Shown here one piece after another: positions 1-9,408 of a DNA stretch of 64,000 bases. Location of the stretch: NCBI GenBank assembly GCA_030019415.1, contig JASEEX010000003.1, forward strand, positions 6,583-70,582, read 5' to 3'. Position numbers and translations under genes: made by a program. The stretch comes from Thermodesulfovibrionales bacterium (GTDB lineage Bacteria > Nitrospirota > Thermodesulfovibrionia > Thermodesulfovibrionales > SM23-35). A model generated the notes under the pieces. It did not search any database. It saw only the letters and a program-made list of their open reading frames with translations, and was not told the DNA's origin. Every line of letters begins with the position of its first letter. Position 1 is the first letter of the stretch.

Positions 1-60
1 GGATTCTTAGAATCGGAATTGCCCCAAAGGCAAAATTAAGAACCTTTCACTCCTGAAACC

Positions 61-156
61 CCTGAATCCTGGCCTGACGCCAGGACAGGCTTGATTCAGG
101 GTCTGGACAAGCCTTTATTACCTCTTAAGAAGGTTTATCCTGAATCAAGTTCAGGA
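61..156. repeat. Cluster of palindromic CCTGAA...TTCAGG repeat units
   Basis: CCTGAATC-CTGGCctgacGCCAG-...-GATTCAGG nested hairpin at 61-101. TCCTGAATCAAGTTCAGGA at 138-156 is identical to 24039-24057. Related copies at 2743-2800, 12248-12306, 23031-23051 and 36601-36693. Confidence 0.75.
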
Positions 157-490
157 CAGGATTGAGAAAGCTATGGCTGAATTCTTCGATAGCTACTAAA
201 GGTATTATCTGTTTGTATATTACTTCTTTAGGGTAAAGGAAGTTACATTCAGACTCCAGATCTTGCCTTCCCTCTAAACCCACAGAATCCGAAATATTAA
301 AAAGTAGTTAAAATCTGATATAATTTTGTGTTGTCGAGAATTAGGGTCACACCTTCAAAATTCATTTGACAGATTAAATTAGCAAATGAAGGCGGCACAT
401 AGCCAGAAACTGGTTTTTTGTTATATGCTTTGGCCCGGCTCCCCTCTATGTTTCCAATTAGCTACACTCAATTTGCTATTCGCCTTCGGC

Positions 491-985
491 TCATATAATA
501 AGCACTTCAAGCATCGCAAGGTTCTGCTTTCGGACAAGGAAAGACTCTATTTTGTGGAGGTTTTTCGAGCACGGCTTATGTTTTCCAGTAAGCCAATCCA
601 TCAACTACTCAGGGTCTTTACCCATCAACTCATTAAGTCTCTCATAAGACAGTCCATTTACCAGCTTAAAATATCTCAGCCTCCCAATTGGATCCTCTGG
701 ATACTCAAAGGGCACATAGCTCAAAAACTCTATAATTTTTGGAATGTACTTCAGCTCTGGCTCTCTCCCATGCTCCCAGTTCCAAACAGTAGATTCGGTA
801 ACACCTATCATTCGGGCTACCTCTATTTGGAGCAAACCGAGGTCAAGGCGCCTCTTTCGTATATGTTCGCCTATCGTTTTTGGGTCTAGTGGTAACGACA
901 GTCTGTATTGAGGGTACTTGGGAAATGTGTCAGCATCCCTGAGGATTAAGATAAAACCCGAAAGGAGTTTAAATGGATCGATTAA
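491..985 (-). pseudogene. XRE-family helix-turn-helix regulator, apparently decayed (no start codon, in-frame TAG)
   Basis: The frame is open from 985 but has no ATG/GTG/TTG before the HTH (…DPKTIGEHIRKRRLDLGLLQIEVARMIGVTESTVWNWEHGREP…). The tracked ATG at 835 lies inside the HTH. TAG at 605-607 is followed in frame by LMDWLTGKHKPCSKNLHKIESFL, which looks like the normal C-terminal second half of this family. Confidence 0.6.
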
Positions 986-1083
986 TTAATACTATGAATA
1001 AAAAAATACGGTTGTAGTGCTCAATAACCGAGTAACCTTTTTTAGATGTCCCAGTCCAAACTGGAACATAAGAGAGGGAAGCT

Positions 1084-2292
1084 ATGAAGATCGGAATTAT
1101 TTCAGATATCCATTTAGGGGATGGAAACTGTAAGCTTGTTCAAAATGGAAAAGTTACAAACACCTACGACACGTTGAAAAACGAGAGCAAGAAATTTACT
1201 CATGGAAATGCCTTAGACTATCTCATTCTCAATGGTGACATCTTGGATTTCTCCATAAGCTCCTTTGAAGAGTCCTGCAGGATAGCAAAACCTTTCTTCC
1301 ATGCAATAAAAAAGGACAATCTTGCACAGCAGATTGTTTACATCCCTGGAAACCATGATAAGCATGTATGGGATGCAGTTGAATGGGAAACCAGCATTAT
1401 CAGAAAACTGAAAAGATACAAGAATCCTGAAAAGTTCAAGAGAACACAGCCTGGCTTGATAGACTATGAAAAAGGGCTTCTTGATTTACCAGGCGTTAGC
1501 AAGGTAAGGGGAACAGATCGTTATGGTACACTCTTTCTGGAAGGACTATTTAAGAGGGGTAATGTATTACCGATGAACATAGCTTATCCCAACCTTTACA
1601 TTAGAACGCCCACTGATACCTATCTCGTAACTCACGGACATATGCTTGAGTTAGCATGGGTACTTCTTTCTGAGCTTCTGAATGGGATAATACCCGAACC
1701 GCCCCAAAATGTTGGAATTGCTGAACTTGAAGAATTTAATATCCCTTTGACTTCAATGATCTGTACAGGGGTTGGTCAGGCTGGAGATGTCTCAAATCTA
1801 TTCTACCAGATTCAACAGGAGTCAAAAAGAGGTAAAACTGAAACGCTTAATAGAGTGCTGGAGGGGGTCATTCCTCGACTCGACAAACTGATACTACTCC
1901 CCAAGGTATTCGAATTTGTGGATAACCTTGCCCTTTCTGGTCTCAAAAAGGCAGCCATACATATTGCGGAAAATGTAAAGGACTCAAGATATAATGAATA
2001 TTTTCTTAAAGATGAATCGGTAAGAAACCGTTTTTTAAGATTCTATGAGGCTTCTTGCGATGAAGCAAAAAACTTGGGTCTTAATTCTCCATGGAAAATA
2101 ATATTTGGCCACACTCATGAGCCATTTTCTTACAACAATCCTTTCGTTATTAAAGAAGAGGAGTTACCTCAACTTAAGGTAGAAAAAGTGTTGTTTTACA
2201 ATACAGGAGGATGGCTCAGACAAGAAGGCAAAAGTGCCGAGGTGTTCTTCATCGATGATAATGGGAGCCTTTTAAGCGTAAACATTCAATAA
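1084..2292 (+). CDS. Calcineurin-like metallophosphoesterase with a large central helical insertion
   Basis: Motifs SDIHLGDG, NGDILDF, PGNHDKH, THGHM and GHTHEP in canonical order. AGAGGGAAG lies upstream of the ATG. Confidence 0.8.
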   Translation: MKIGIISDIHLGDGNCKLVQNGKVTNTYDTLKNESKKFTHGNALDYLILNGDILDFSISSFEESCRIAKPFFHAIKKDNLAQQIVYIPGNHDKHVWDAVEWETSIIRKLKRYKNPEKFKRTQPGLIDYEKGLLDLPGVSKVRGTDRYGTLFLEGLFKRGNVLPMNIAYPNLYIRTPTDTYLVTHGHMLELAWVLLSELLNGIIPEPPQNVGIAELEEFNIPLTSMICTGVGQAGDVSNLFYQIQQESKRGKTETLNRVLEGVIPRLDKLILLPKVFEFVDNLALSGLKKAAIHIAENVKDSRYNEYFLKDESVRNRFLRFYEASCDEAKNLGLNSPWKIIFGHTHEPFSYNNPFVIKEEELPQLKVEKVLFYNTGGWLRQEGKSAEVFFIDDNGSLLSVNIQ

Positions 2293-2317
2293 AGCAGGAG
2301 ACAATAGGGAGGATATT

Positions 2318-2521
2318 ATGGGTAAAGTAAATATATGCACTTTTAACGTTGAGAATTTGTTTTTGCGTTATAGTTTCTTTCCTTTGCCACCTGGAATTGT
2401 CTCAAAGAAGGCTCCCAAGGCTGATCTTCTAAAGGGCCTTGGATATCTCCCAATGGCTTTAATCAAGAACTACAAACTGTATAATGATAGTGATAGGGTC
2501 AGGTCTTGTTTCTTGACATAA
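2318..2521 (+). pseudogene. N-terminal fragment of an endonuclease/exonuclease/phosphatase (EEP) family protein
   Basis: The start MGKVNICTFNVENLFLRY is the typical EEP N-terminus. The ORF ends after 67 aa, whereas full-length members have several hundred residues. Downstream DNA is repeat-rich non-coding sequence. Confidence 0.55.
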
Positions 2522-2742
2522 AATCCTTCATCTCTCCAAATCTTTCCTTTAACGCTTTTATTCTCAACAATCTTTATCTCTTGTAGTATCATTCAGGTGG
2601 CTTGGTCGAGGCTTGCGGAAGCGTGGCAGAACATTGCAAGGCGAAGGACAAGCATAGGAGAACTGAAAGCATGAAATTTCTCTGGTAAGTCTGAGGAATT
2701 TGGCTTGACAATATGGATTTCTTACTGATACTGTTAACCGTT

Positions 2743-2800
2743 CCTGAATCAAGCCTGTCCCTGAAATAAATTCAGGGCAAGCACTGGCGTCAAGTCAGGG
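2743..2800. repeat. CCTGAA/TTCAGG palindromic repeat, inverted copy of 61-101 with an internal insertion
   Basis: CCTGAATCAAGCCTGTCC and CTGGCGTCA are shared with the reverse complement of 61-101. There is an extra CTGAAATAAATTCAG unit, as at 12288-12302. Confidence 0.7.
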
Positions 2801-2841
2801 TTTAGGGCAAGTTCTATTACTAATTACATAGGAGGGGGGAA

Positions 2842-3114
2842 ATGACTAAGGCAGAACTCATTGATAAGATTTCTTCGGGTACAAAAATAAGTAAGGCGGA
2901 TGCTGCAAAGGCATTGGACTCTACTTTGAACTCCATCAAGGGGGCCTTAAAGAAAGGGCAAAGGGTTGCCCTTGTTGGATTCGGGACTTTCTCTGTTGTC
3001 AAAAGGAAAGCCAGAAAAGGTCGTAATCCACAGACAGGCGATGTTATTTCAATACCTGCAGCGAAGATCCCAAAGTTTAGAGCCGGCAAGAGCTTCAAGG
3101 AATCAATAAAATAG
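2842..3114 (+). CDS. hup: DNA-binding protein HU
   Basis: 90 aa containing GFGTFSVVKRKARKGRNPQTGDVISIPAAKIPKFRAGK. GGAGGGGGG RBS. Candidate TTGACA-16-GATACT promoter at 2705-2732. Confidence 0.95.
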   Translation: MTKAELIDKISSGTKISKADAAKALDSTLNSIKGALKKGQRVALVGFGTFSVVKRKARKGRNPQTGDVISIPAAKIPKFRAGKSFKESIK

Positions 3115-3205
3115 ATTGGCTATTTCAATTCAGATCTGCTCCGCAGGTATATTTTCAGGTCTATGACCTGTTATATAGCTTGCCTTTAATCTCTTCAGCC
3201 TCTCC

Positions 3206-3319
3206 TCAACAGATGGATGAAGGATAAGCTCCTGAGGCACCTGCCATCTTGAGTTCCGGGTTAAAAAGGGCATACCAGCCTTTATCAGAAAGGGGTGATA
3301 TTGTAGGTGAGTGCTTTGC
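3206..3319 (-). pseudogene. Degenerate partial duplicate of the hisG 3' end
   Basis: 3237-3319 aligns to 3655-3770 at roughly 85% identity with a ~40-nt internal gap. It translates to [28 protein letters not shown], versus his[40 protein letters not shown]. Confidence 0.8.
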
Positions 3320-3383
3320 CGTTAAGAAAGAACTAACAGTGAGTACCTTAAAATGCTATAATTGGAAAGTAAGGAGGAATAAC

Positions 3384-3560
3384 ATGGAAGATAATATTAT
3401 AAAGCTTCAGATAGAAAGTATAGAGCAGCAGTTAAAAATACTGAAGGCAAAGATATTTAAAAAGAAGACCCCCAAAAAACTATCCAGCCTATACGGCATC
3501 TTTGAAGGAAAATTGGATTTTCCTCTGGAAGAAATAAAGAAATATGAATACCTGACATAA
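3384..3560 (+). CDS. Small coiled-coil protein of unknown function (58 aa)
   Basis: AGGAGG lies 6 nt upstream of the ATG at 3384. MEDNIIKLQIESIEQQLKILKAKIF… has a heptad-like pattern. The upstream part of the tracked ORF (3249-3383) is only antisense to the hisG fragment. Confidence 0.5.
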   Translation: MEDNIIKLQIESIEQQLKILKAKIFKKKTPKKLSSLYGIFEGKLDFPLEEIKKYEYLT

Positions 3561-3609
3561 CCAGGAAACCTAAATGTAGCCTTGATTTATTAAAAGGAGT
3601 CAGAAAAGT

Positions 3610-4485
3610 CTATGGTATTACCTTGTTAAGCTGATACTCCACAATCCCTGATGCACCTGCCATCTTGAGTTTCGGAATAATGTCCCGCACAATCTTCTCA
3701 TCAATCATGACCTCAAGGGCATACCATCCCTTATCAGAAAGAGGTGATATAGTGGGCGAGTGCATGGCAGAGAGAAGGCTCATCACCCTTTTAAGAGAAC
3801 CCTCCGGGACATTCATCTTGAGCCCGACCTTCTCCTCTGCAGCGAGGGCACCTTTAAGGAGCATCACAATATTTTCCATCTTCTGTCTCTTCCAACTATC
3901 ACGCCATGACTTTTTGTTCGCTATAAATCTTGTGCTTGATTCAAGGATGGTCTCAATAATTCTCAGATTATTAGCCTTTAAGGATGCACCCGTCTCTGTT
4001 AGCTCAACAATTGCATCAGCGAGGTGTGGGGGTTTCACCTCTGTTGCACCCCATGAAAAATCCACCTCAGCCTTTATACCTTTGGATTTAAGATACTTCT
4101 TTGTAAATCCTACAAGCTCAGTCGCAATGCGCTTTCCTTCCAGGTCCTTTAAAATCCTTATCTTAGAATCATTCGGAACTGCTATTACCCACTTTACAGG
4201 CCTGAGGCCTTCCTTTGCATAGATAAGCTCAGCGACCTCATGGACATCAGCATTCTGCTCCATTATCCAATCTTTACCTGTAAGACCGCAGTCGAGTATT
4301 CCGTTTTCCACATATCCTGCCATCTCCTGTGCCCTGATCAACATAGCTTCAATCTCAGGGTCATCAAGGGATGGATAGTAAGAACGGTCTGATATAGTTA
4401 TGTGATATCCTGCCTTTCTAAAGAGTTTTAATGTGGATTCCTGAAGACTTCCCTTCGGAAGACCAAGTTTTAATATCTTATTCAT
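3610..4485 (-). CDS. hisG: ATP phosphoribosyltransferase, long form with C-terminal regulatory domain
   Basis: 291 aa. [15 protein letters not shown]…, DCGLTGKDW and a C-terminal HisG_C-like domain. Confidence 0.9.
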   Translation of the reverse strand: MNKILKLGLPKGSLQESTLKLFRKAGYHITISDRSYYPSLDDPEIEAMLIRAQEMAGYVENGILDCGLTGKDWIMEQNADVHEVAELIYAKEGLRPVKWVIAVPNDSKIRILKDLEGKRIATELVGFTKKYLKSKGIKAEVDFSWGATEVKPPHLADAIVELTETGASLKANNLRIIETILESSTRFIANKKSWRDSWKRQKMENIVMLLKGALAAEEKVGLKMNVPEGSLKRVMSLLSAMHSPTISPLSDKGWYALEVMIDEKIVRDIIPKLKMAGASGIVEYQLNKVIP

Positions 4486-4560
4486 AACCCCACCTGTAAA
4501 ATAAAATTTATGTGATATAATTTATCATATCCTTGATGTTGTTACAATCTAAATACTCAA

Positions 4561-4745
4561 AATCAGTGATAAGCAGGATTGGCTTGAGCGACATCAGAGA
4601 TTTTTCGGTAACAGTTTTTAGCGAACTATAGCGGCGGCAGCCTCGATTGTTTGAACCCGCTAAGGCGGGTGAGTTTCGAGGCTGTAGCGGAAGGAGCTTA
4701 GAACTGTCGAAAAATATCGTAGTAAGCAAAAGCCAAGTCCTGATT
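4561..4745 (+). ncRNA. Candidate structured RNA: long irregular hairpin with central bubble (6S-RNA-like outline)
   Basis: Pairings: CAGGATTGGCTT/AAGCCAAGTCCTG; TTTTTCG/CGAAAAA; CAGTTTTTAGC/GCTTAGAACTG (one U-G pair possible only on the plus strand); CAGCCTCGA/TCGAGGCTG. The apical hairpin is CCCGC-TAAG-GCGGG. An unpaired bubble of ~17 nt versus ~13 nt is present. TACAAT at 4543-4548 lies just upstream. Confidence 0.3.
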
Positions 4746-4758
4746 AATAAAACCTCTT

Positions 4759-7700
4759 ATGGATTTTATACCTTTACAAAATATAATTGAGCAAGACTTA
4801 AAAGGTTCGCGCCTTTACAACCTTACGGGCTCATCTTCAGCCTTTCTTCTTGCCCTGTATGATAAGCCCTATCTCGCTGTTGAAGTAACGGAAGAACTTG
4901 CAGAAGAGCTCTATAAAGATATCAACTTCTTCAGAGAGGTCTTGAGAAAAGACAAAGTCCTCTTTCTTCCCGAACCTGATGGACCTTCCCTTTCAGGTGA
5001 GAGGGCAAAGACAATCTACTCCCTTAAAAAGTGCTCCCTTGTCTGTTCTTTTAAAACCCTTGAATCACCTGTATGGTCTCGGAGAGAAATAGAGAGAGTC
5101 CTTCTCAATCTCAGGGTTAGAATGGAGATAGAGAGGAAAGAAATAGAGAAGAGGCTTCAGGAGATGGGCTACAGAAGGGTTCCCCTCGTTTCAGAAAAAG
5201 GGGAGTTCAGCCAGCGCGGATGGCTCTTCGACATCTTTCCTTCGACATCAGAGACCCCTTTGAGGGTTGAGTTTTTCGGTGACGAGATAGAGAGTATAAA
5301 GGCCTTTGATGTGGACACACAAAGGTCAACCGAAAATGTGCCTGATTTTGTGATATTGCCAGCAGAAGAGCCTCTTTCAGGTAAAAGCCTCTTAGAAATT
5401 ATGGAAAATGTAAAATGCTTCTCTTCAGATTCGATTCAGGAGAGAGAAAGACTTCCCGGGGATGTTACCTTTCTTTCGAGATACTCTATAAAAGGACCCG
5501 GTTATGATGCAGGGATGCTTTCTCTTAAAGGCTTTGGGATTATACCTGAGGAAAGGAGTTATATTGAGGAATTACCACAAAAGATCAGGCTCCTTCACAA
5601 AGAAAACAGAGTAGTCCTCATCTCTTCATCGAGGGGCCAGGCAGAAAGGCTTAAAGAGATACTCAGAGAAGGAAGTGTCTTCGCTCCCCTCATTGATAAA
5701 ACAGACCTTCTTGATTATGAAGGTTATGTCTCGATTACAATTGGCGACCTTTCATCAGGTCTCTTCTTTCCAGGCCTCTTAATCCTTACGGAGAAAGAGA
5801 TATTCGGTGGAAGACCTGGGTATAGACCTATAAAAAAATCAAAGGTATCAAAGCTCATTACTTCTCTGGATGACCTCCTGCCAGGTGACTTTGTTGTCCA
5901 CAGAGATCATGGCATTGGAAGATTTCATGGACTCGTACGACAAAGTGTTGAAGGTATTGAAGAAGATCTCTTAGTAATCGATTACGAAGGTGGAAGGCTC
6001 TACATTCCTCTTCACAGCATTAATAGTATCCATAAATATCATGCTGAAAAAGGGATTATTCCAAAGATTGACAGGCTTGGAGGGAAAACATGGCAGAGAA
6101 CAAAGGAAAGAGTTAGAAAGAAAATAAATGAGATGGCAGAAAGGCTCATTGCCCTTTATGCAGAGAGGGAAGTCTCTAAGGGTCCCCCATTCAGCCCTGA
6201 TACAGAGCTCCACAGAGAATTTGACAGCTTCTTTCCTTACGAAGAGACGCCTGACCAGACAGTGGCTATAAAAGATATCAAAAAAGATATGGAATCGGAA
6301 AGACCAATGGAGAGGCTCATCTGCGGCGATGTCGGATACGGAAAGACAGAGGTCGCAATGAGGGCAGCCTTCAAGGCAGTATATGATGGAAAACAGGTAG
6401 CTGTTATTGTGCCCACTACAATACTGTGTGAACAGCATTACAGGACCTTCAAGATGAGGTTTTCTGCCTTTCCGATAAGGATAGAGCACCTGAGCAGGTT
6501 CAAATCAAAAAAGGAACAACAGGAGACCATCAAGGCCCTATCTCATGGCGATATAGACATTATCATAGGGACGCATAGCCTCCTCAGTGAAGATATACAT
6601 TTTCACAAACTCGGCCTCCTCATCATTGACGAAGAGCACAGGTTTGGAGTCAGACAGAAGGAGAGGATAAAAGAACTCAAAAGGGGTATCGATGTTCTCG
6701 CCCTCACCGCAACACCTATACCGAGAACACTTTATATGGCACTCTCGGATATCAGAGATATGAGCATAATCGAGACACCTCCTGAGGAAAGGCTCGCTGT
6801 CAGAAGTATTGTCTCTATATTTAATGGGGAACTTATAAAAGAGGCTATAGATAGGGAACTCGAGAGAAAAGGCCAGGTCTTTTTTGTTTATAACAGGATA
6901 AAGGACATACATAAGATTGCCGAATATCTGATGAGACTTCTTCCTTCAGCAAGGATATCTGTTGCACATGGACAGATGCCTGAAAGGGAACTCGAAAAAA
7001 TCATGCTCCAATTCTACGAGGGCAAAATAGATGTCCTTGTCTCTACTGCTATAGTTGGGTCAGGCATTGACATTCCAACAGCTAACACCATCATCATCAA
7101 CAGGGCAGATATGATGGGACTTGCTGAACTCTATCAACTAAGGGGGCGCGTAGGCAGAAGCAATGTGAAGGCCTATTCCTATTTTCTTATTCCTGGTGAG
7201 GATATCATCACTGAAGAAGCCAGAAGGAGGCTACAGGCAATACAGGAGATGAGCTATCTCGGAGCTGGCCTCAGGCTTGCTATGAAAGACTTAGAAATTA
7301 GGGGTGCAGGAAACCTCCTCGGGCCTGAACAATCAGGACATATCTACGCCGTCGGCTTCGACCTTTATATAGAGATGTTAGAAAAGGCGGTGGCTGAACT
7401 AAAAGGCGTGAAGATAGAAGAGGAGTTTGAACCATCAATAAGCTTAAAGGTTAATGCCTTTATACCAGAAGAATATGTAGATGACATAACGCTCAGGCTC
7501 AGCCTGTATAGAAGGATTGCATCATCAAAGACGCATGAGATCCTAAAGGCTCTTGAATTAGAGATGGAAGACAGGTTTGGAAGACCACCAGAAGAGGTAA
7601 AAAACCTCCTCAATATAATGAGGCTTAAAATAATGGCTAAGGAACTCCTCGTTACAAAGATCCAGGATGTACATGGAAGGATCCGGGTAATCTTCTCTCC

Positions 7701-7851
7701 TGATACAAAGGTAGAGCCCCGGGACATCTTCGAACTTCATAAAAAAAGAGATGGAAAGATTAAATTCTTACCGGACGGTTTTGAGCTTGACCTCAGAGGA
7801 CTTCCATGGGAGGGGGTCTATGAAGAAGTCTCTTCCCTCTTTACCCGTTAG
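4759..7851 (+). CDS. mfd: Transcription-repair coupling factor
   Basis: 1030 aa. CarD-like domain ([15 protein letters not shown]), helicase motifs [19 protein letters not shown] and QLRGRVGRS, and a TRCF C-terminal domain. Confidence 0.95.
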   Translation: MDFIPLQNIIEQDLKGSRLYNLTGSSSAFLLALYDKPYLAVEVTEELAEELYKDINFFREVLRKDKVLFLPEPDGPSLSGERAKTIYSLKKCSLVCSFKTLESPVWSRREIERVLLNLRVRMEIERKEIEKRLQEMGYRRVPLVSEKGEFSQRGWLFDIFPSTSETPLRVEFFGDEIESIKAFDVDTQRSTENVPDFVILPAEEPLSGKSLLEIMENVKCFSSDSIQERERLPGDVTFLSRYSIKGPGYDAGMLSLKGFGIIPEERSYIEELPQKIRLLHKENRVVLISSSRGQAERLKEILREGSVFAPLIDKTDLLDYEGYVSITIGDLSSGLFFPGLLILTEKEIFGGRPGYRPIKKSKVSKLITSLDDLLPGDFVVHRDHGIGRFHGLVRQSVEGIEEDLLVIDYEGGRLYIPLHSINSIHKYHAEKGIIPKIDRLGGKTWQRTKERVRKKINEMAERLIALYAEREVSKGPPFSPDTELHREFDSFFPYEETPDQTVAIKDIKKDMESERPMERLICGDVGYGKTEVAMRAAFKAVYDGKQVAVIVPTTILCEQHYRTFKMRFSAFPIRIEHLSRFKSKKEQQETIKALSHGDIDIIIGTHSLLSEDIHFHKLGLLIIDEEHRFGVRQKERIKELKRGIDVLALTATPIPRTLYMALSDIRDMSIIETPPEERLAVRSIVSIFNGELIKEAIDRELERKGQVFFVYNRIKDIHKIAEYLMRLLPSARISVAHGQMPERELEKIMLQFYEGKIDVLVSTAIVGSGIDIPTANTIIINRADMMGLAELYQLRGRVGRSNVKAYSYFLIPGEDIITEEARRRLQAIQEMSYLGAGLRLAMKDLEIRGAGNLLGPEQSGHIYAVGFDLYIEMLEKAVAELKGVKIEEEFEPSISLKVNAFIPEEYVDDITLRLSLYRRIASSKTHEILKALELEMEDRFGRPPEEVKNLLNIMRLKIMAKELLVTKIQDVHGRIRVIFSPDTKVEPRDIFELHKKRDGKIKFLPDGFELDLRGLPWEGVYEEVSSLFTR

Positions 7852-7885
7852 AAAGAAGGCCCCGCCCCAAATAATTTCTAACGGG
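7844..7885. repeat. CCCGTTAGAAA…TTTCTAACGGG hairpin repeat (family with 18647-18673 and 36843-36871)
   Basis: 11-bp arms with a 20-nt loop. The mfd TAG stop lies inside the left arm. An extra half-site CTTTCTAACGG is at 7891-7901. The flank CTTTACCC-GTTAGAAAG is shared with 18643-18659. Confidence 0.7.
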
Positions 7886-7970
7886 TTAAGCTTTCTAACG
7901 GTGTTTACTTATCTGACCGTTTCTGATAGTTTTAAATAGAGGCCAATAACCTTATATGGAGAATTAACAG

Positions 7971-8675
7971 GTGAGGGTAAGAAGCATTCTTATTTTTCTT
8001 ATATTCTTTCTCAGCTCCTGTGCGACCACCGGGAAGGAGAACATTGAAAAGGCGAACGCCCACTATCGGATAGGGCTTTCTCATTTTAATGAAAACAGGA
8101 TACAGATGGCCTATGTTGAGTTTCAAAAGGCACTCGAACTTAACCCGGATGATAAGGAGGTGCTTAATGCACTCGGTGTGGTCTATCTCGTATTCGAGGA
8201 TCTTCAGAAGGCAAGGGAATCATTTTTAAAGGCCGTTACTTTAGACCCGAATTTTTCAGAGGCTCATAATAACCTCGGTGTTACCTATGGGAAAATGGGC
8301 AGGTGGTCTGATACCTTAAATTCATTCAAGTCAGCGATTAAGAACCCTCTATATCAAAAACCCGAGATCGCATATAATGGCCTTGGTGAAGCCTATTACA
8401 GATTGGGTCGAATTGATGAGGCAATCGATGCCTACAGAGAATCAATAAAGCGCATGCAGGATTTTTACCGTCCCTATTATGGTCTGGCCCTCTGTTACAA
8501 TGCTAAGGGTCAATATGGTGATGCTGCCACTGCCATCAAACGTGCAATAGAGCTCGACCCCATTTTTAGAGGAGATAGGAAAAAATTAATAGATGACCTC
8601 AAGAACAAAAGTCTAATAGCAAAGGGTGAAGAAAAAAAAGACATTATTGATTATCTTGAGATACTGAGGTATTGA
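7971..8675 (+). CDS. TPR-repeat lipoprotein (PilW/BamD-like architecture)
   Basis: GTG start. Lipobox FFLSSC. Multiple TPR units (ALELNPDDKEVLNALGVVY, AVTLDPNFSEAHNNLG…). Confidence 0.75.
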   Translation: MRVRSILIFLIFFLSSCATTGKENIEKANAHYRIGLSHFNENRIQMAYVEFQKALELNPDDKEVLNALGVVYLVFEDLQKARESFLKAVTLDPNFSEAHNNLGVTYGKMGRWSDTLNSFKSAIKNPLYQKPEIAYNGLGEAYYRLGRIDEAIDAYRESIKRMQDFYRPYYGLALCYNAKGQYGDAATAIKRAIELDPIFRGDRKKLIDDLKNKSLIAKGEEKKDIIDYLEILRY

Positions 8676-8712
8676 GAGGTCTCCAAAAAGTCAAAGACTT
8701 TCTGGAGCTGTT

Positions 8713-8791
<79 letters not shown>

Positions 8792-8831
8792 TTTACCCAC
8801 CACTTATAATATATCTCTCCAAGAAAGATGG

Positions 8832-9350
8832 TTAAAATCGTGAGCCCGAACCTGACCATCTGAGCTTGCTCAGTATCTTCTTTATTGCCTTTTCTTTCTT
8901 TGAGAGCCTTTTCGGATTGCCTTTTCTGGTAGGCCTACCATATTCTTCGTCGTCATCTTCATAAAAAACTTCTTTTTCAGTCTGCTTTTTCTCTATAGCT
9001 TTCAAAAAATCTTCTGAAGATATCGGTACAGAACCTAATGCCCATGCATGTGATGCTATATCCCTGTCTGATGTCACCACAATCCACTGACGCCTGTCAG
9101 AGGAGACTATACGCTTAATGGCAAAATCAGCCTTTTCACCGAGCCTCGAATAGATGACCTTTATCCCACCAATTATGGACTGACTCTCCTGGCCCACTCC
9201 TGTCTTCCATCCATCAAAGACAACAATTATATTGTGACCTTTTTTCTTCCTGTATTCAATGAGGGACTCAATCAGTATCTTCCTCTGCTTTTCGAGGTCC
9301 TTATGATAGATACCAATCAGATTGTAACCATCAATGATTATCGAAGAAAT
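8832..9350 (-). CDS. NYN-domain ribonuclease of the YacP/Rae1 type; predicted non-canonical ATT start
   Basis: The conserved N-terminus IIIDGYNLIG…VVFDG lies upstream of the tracked ATG (9197). The frame opens after TAA and contains no ATG/GTG/TTG. AAAGGAGG is followed 7 nt later by ATT at 9350-9348. The basic C-terminal tail KGNPKRLSKKEK is present. Confidence 0.7.
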   Translation of the reverse strand: MSSIIIDGYNLIGIYHKDLEKQRKILIESLIEYRKKKGHNIIVVFDGWKTGVGQESQSIIGGIKVIYSRLGEKADFAIKRIVSSDRRQWIVVTSDRDIASHAWALGSVPISSEDFLKAIEKKQTEKEVFYEDDDEEYGRPTRKGNPKRLSKKEKAIKKILSKLRWSGSGSRF

Positions 9351-9408
9351 AGCAAAACCTCCTTTAATATTATATTATAATTTTCTTGAATCATTAAAAA
9401 GTGGAAAT

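Noticed and set aside
2440-2600. 40-aa minus-strand ORF (MILQEIKIVENKSVKGKIWRDEGFYVKKQ…) overlapping the end of the EEP fragment.
   Set aside because: It is short, has no RBS and matches no recognisable family. It is probably fortuitous.
3665-4222. 185-aa ORF on the plus strand inside hisG. Many similar long ORFs lie antisense to mfd, the UbiB-like kinase, moeA, prs, the TPR gene, priA, the dynamin-like gene, ychF, the GGDEF gene, plsX, the SPFH and NfeD genes, fhs, fdhA, the nuoF-like gene and the permease.
   Set aside because: Each lies antisense within a gene that has clear family motifs. They have low-complexity, Ser/Leu/Pro-rich translations and no RBS, so they are shadow ORFs.
4508-4729. 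73-aa minus-strand ORF between hisG and mfd.
   Set aside because: It coincides with the long hairpin and has an implausible composition with no RBS. The region is better explained as structured non-coding DNA or RNA.
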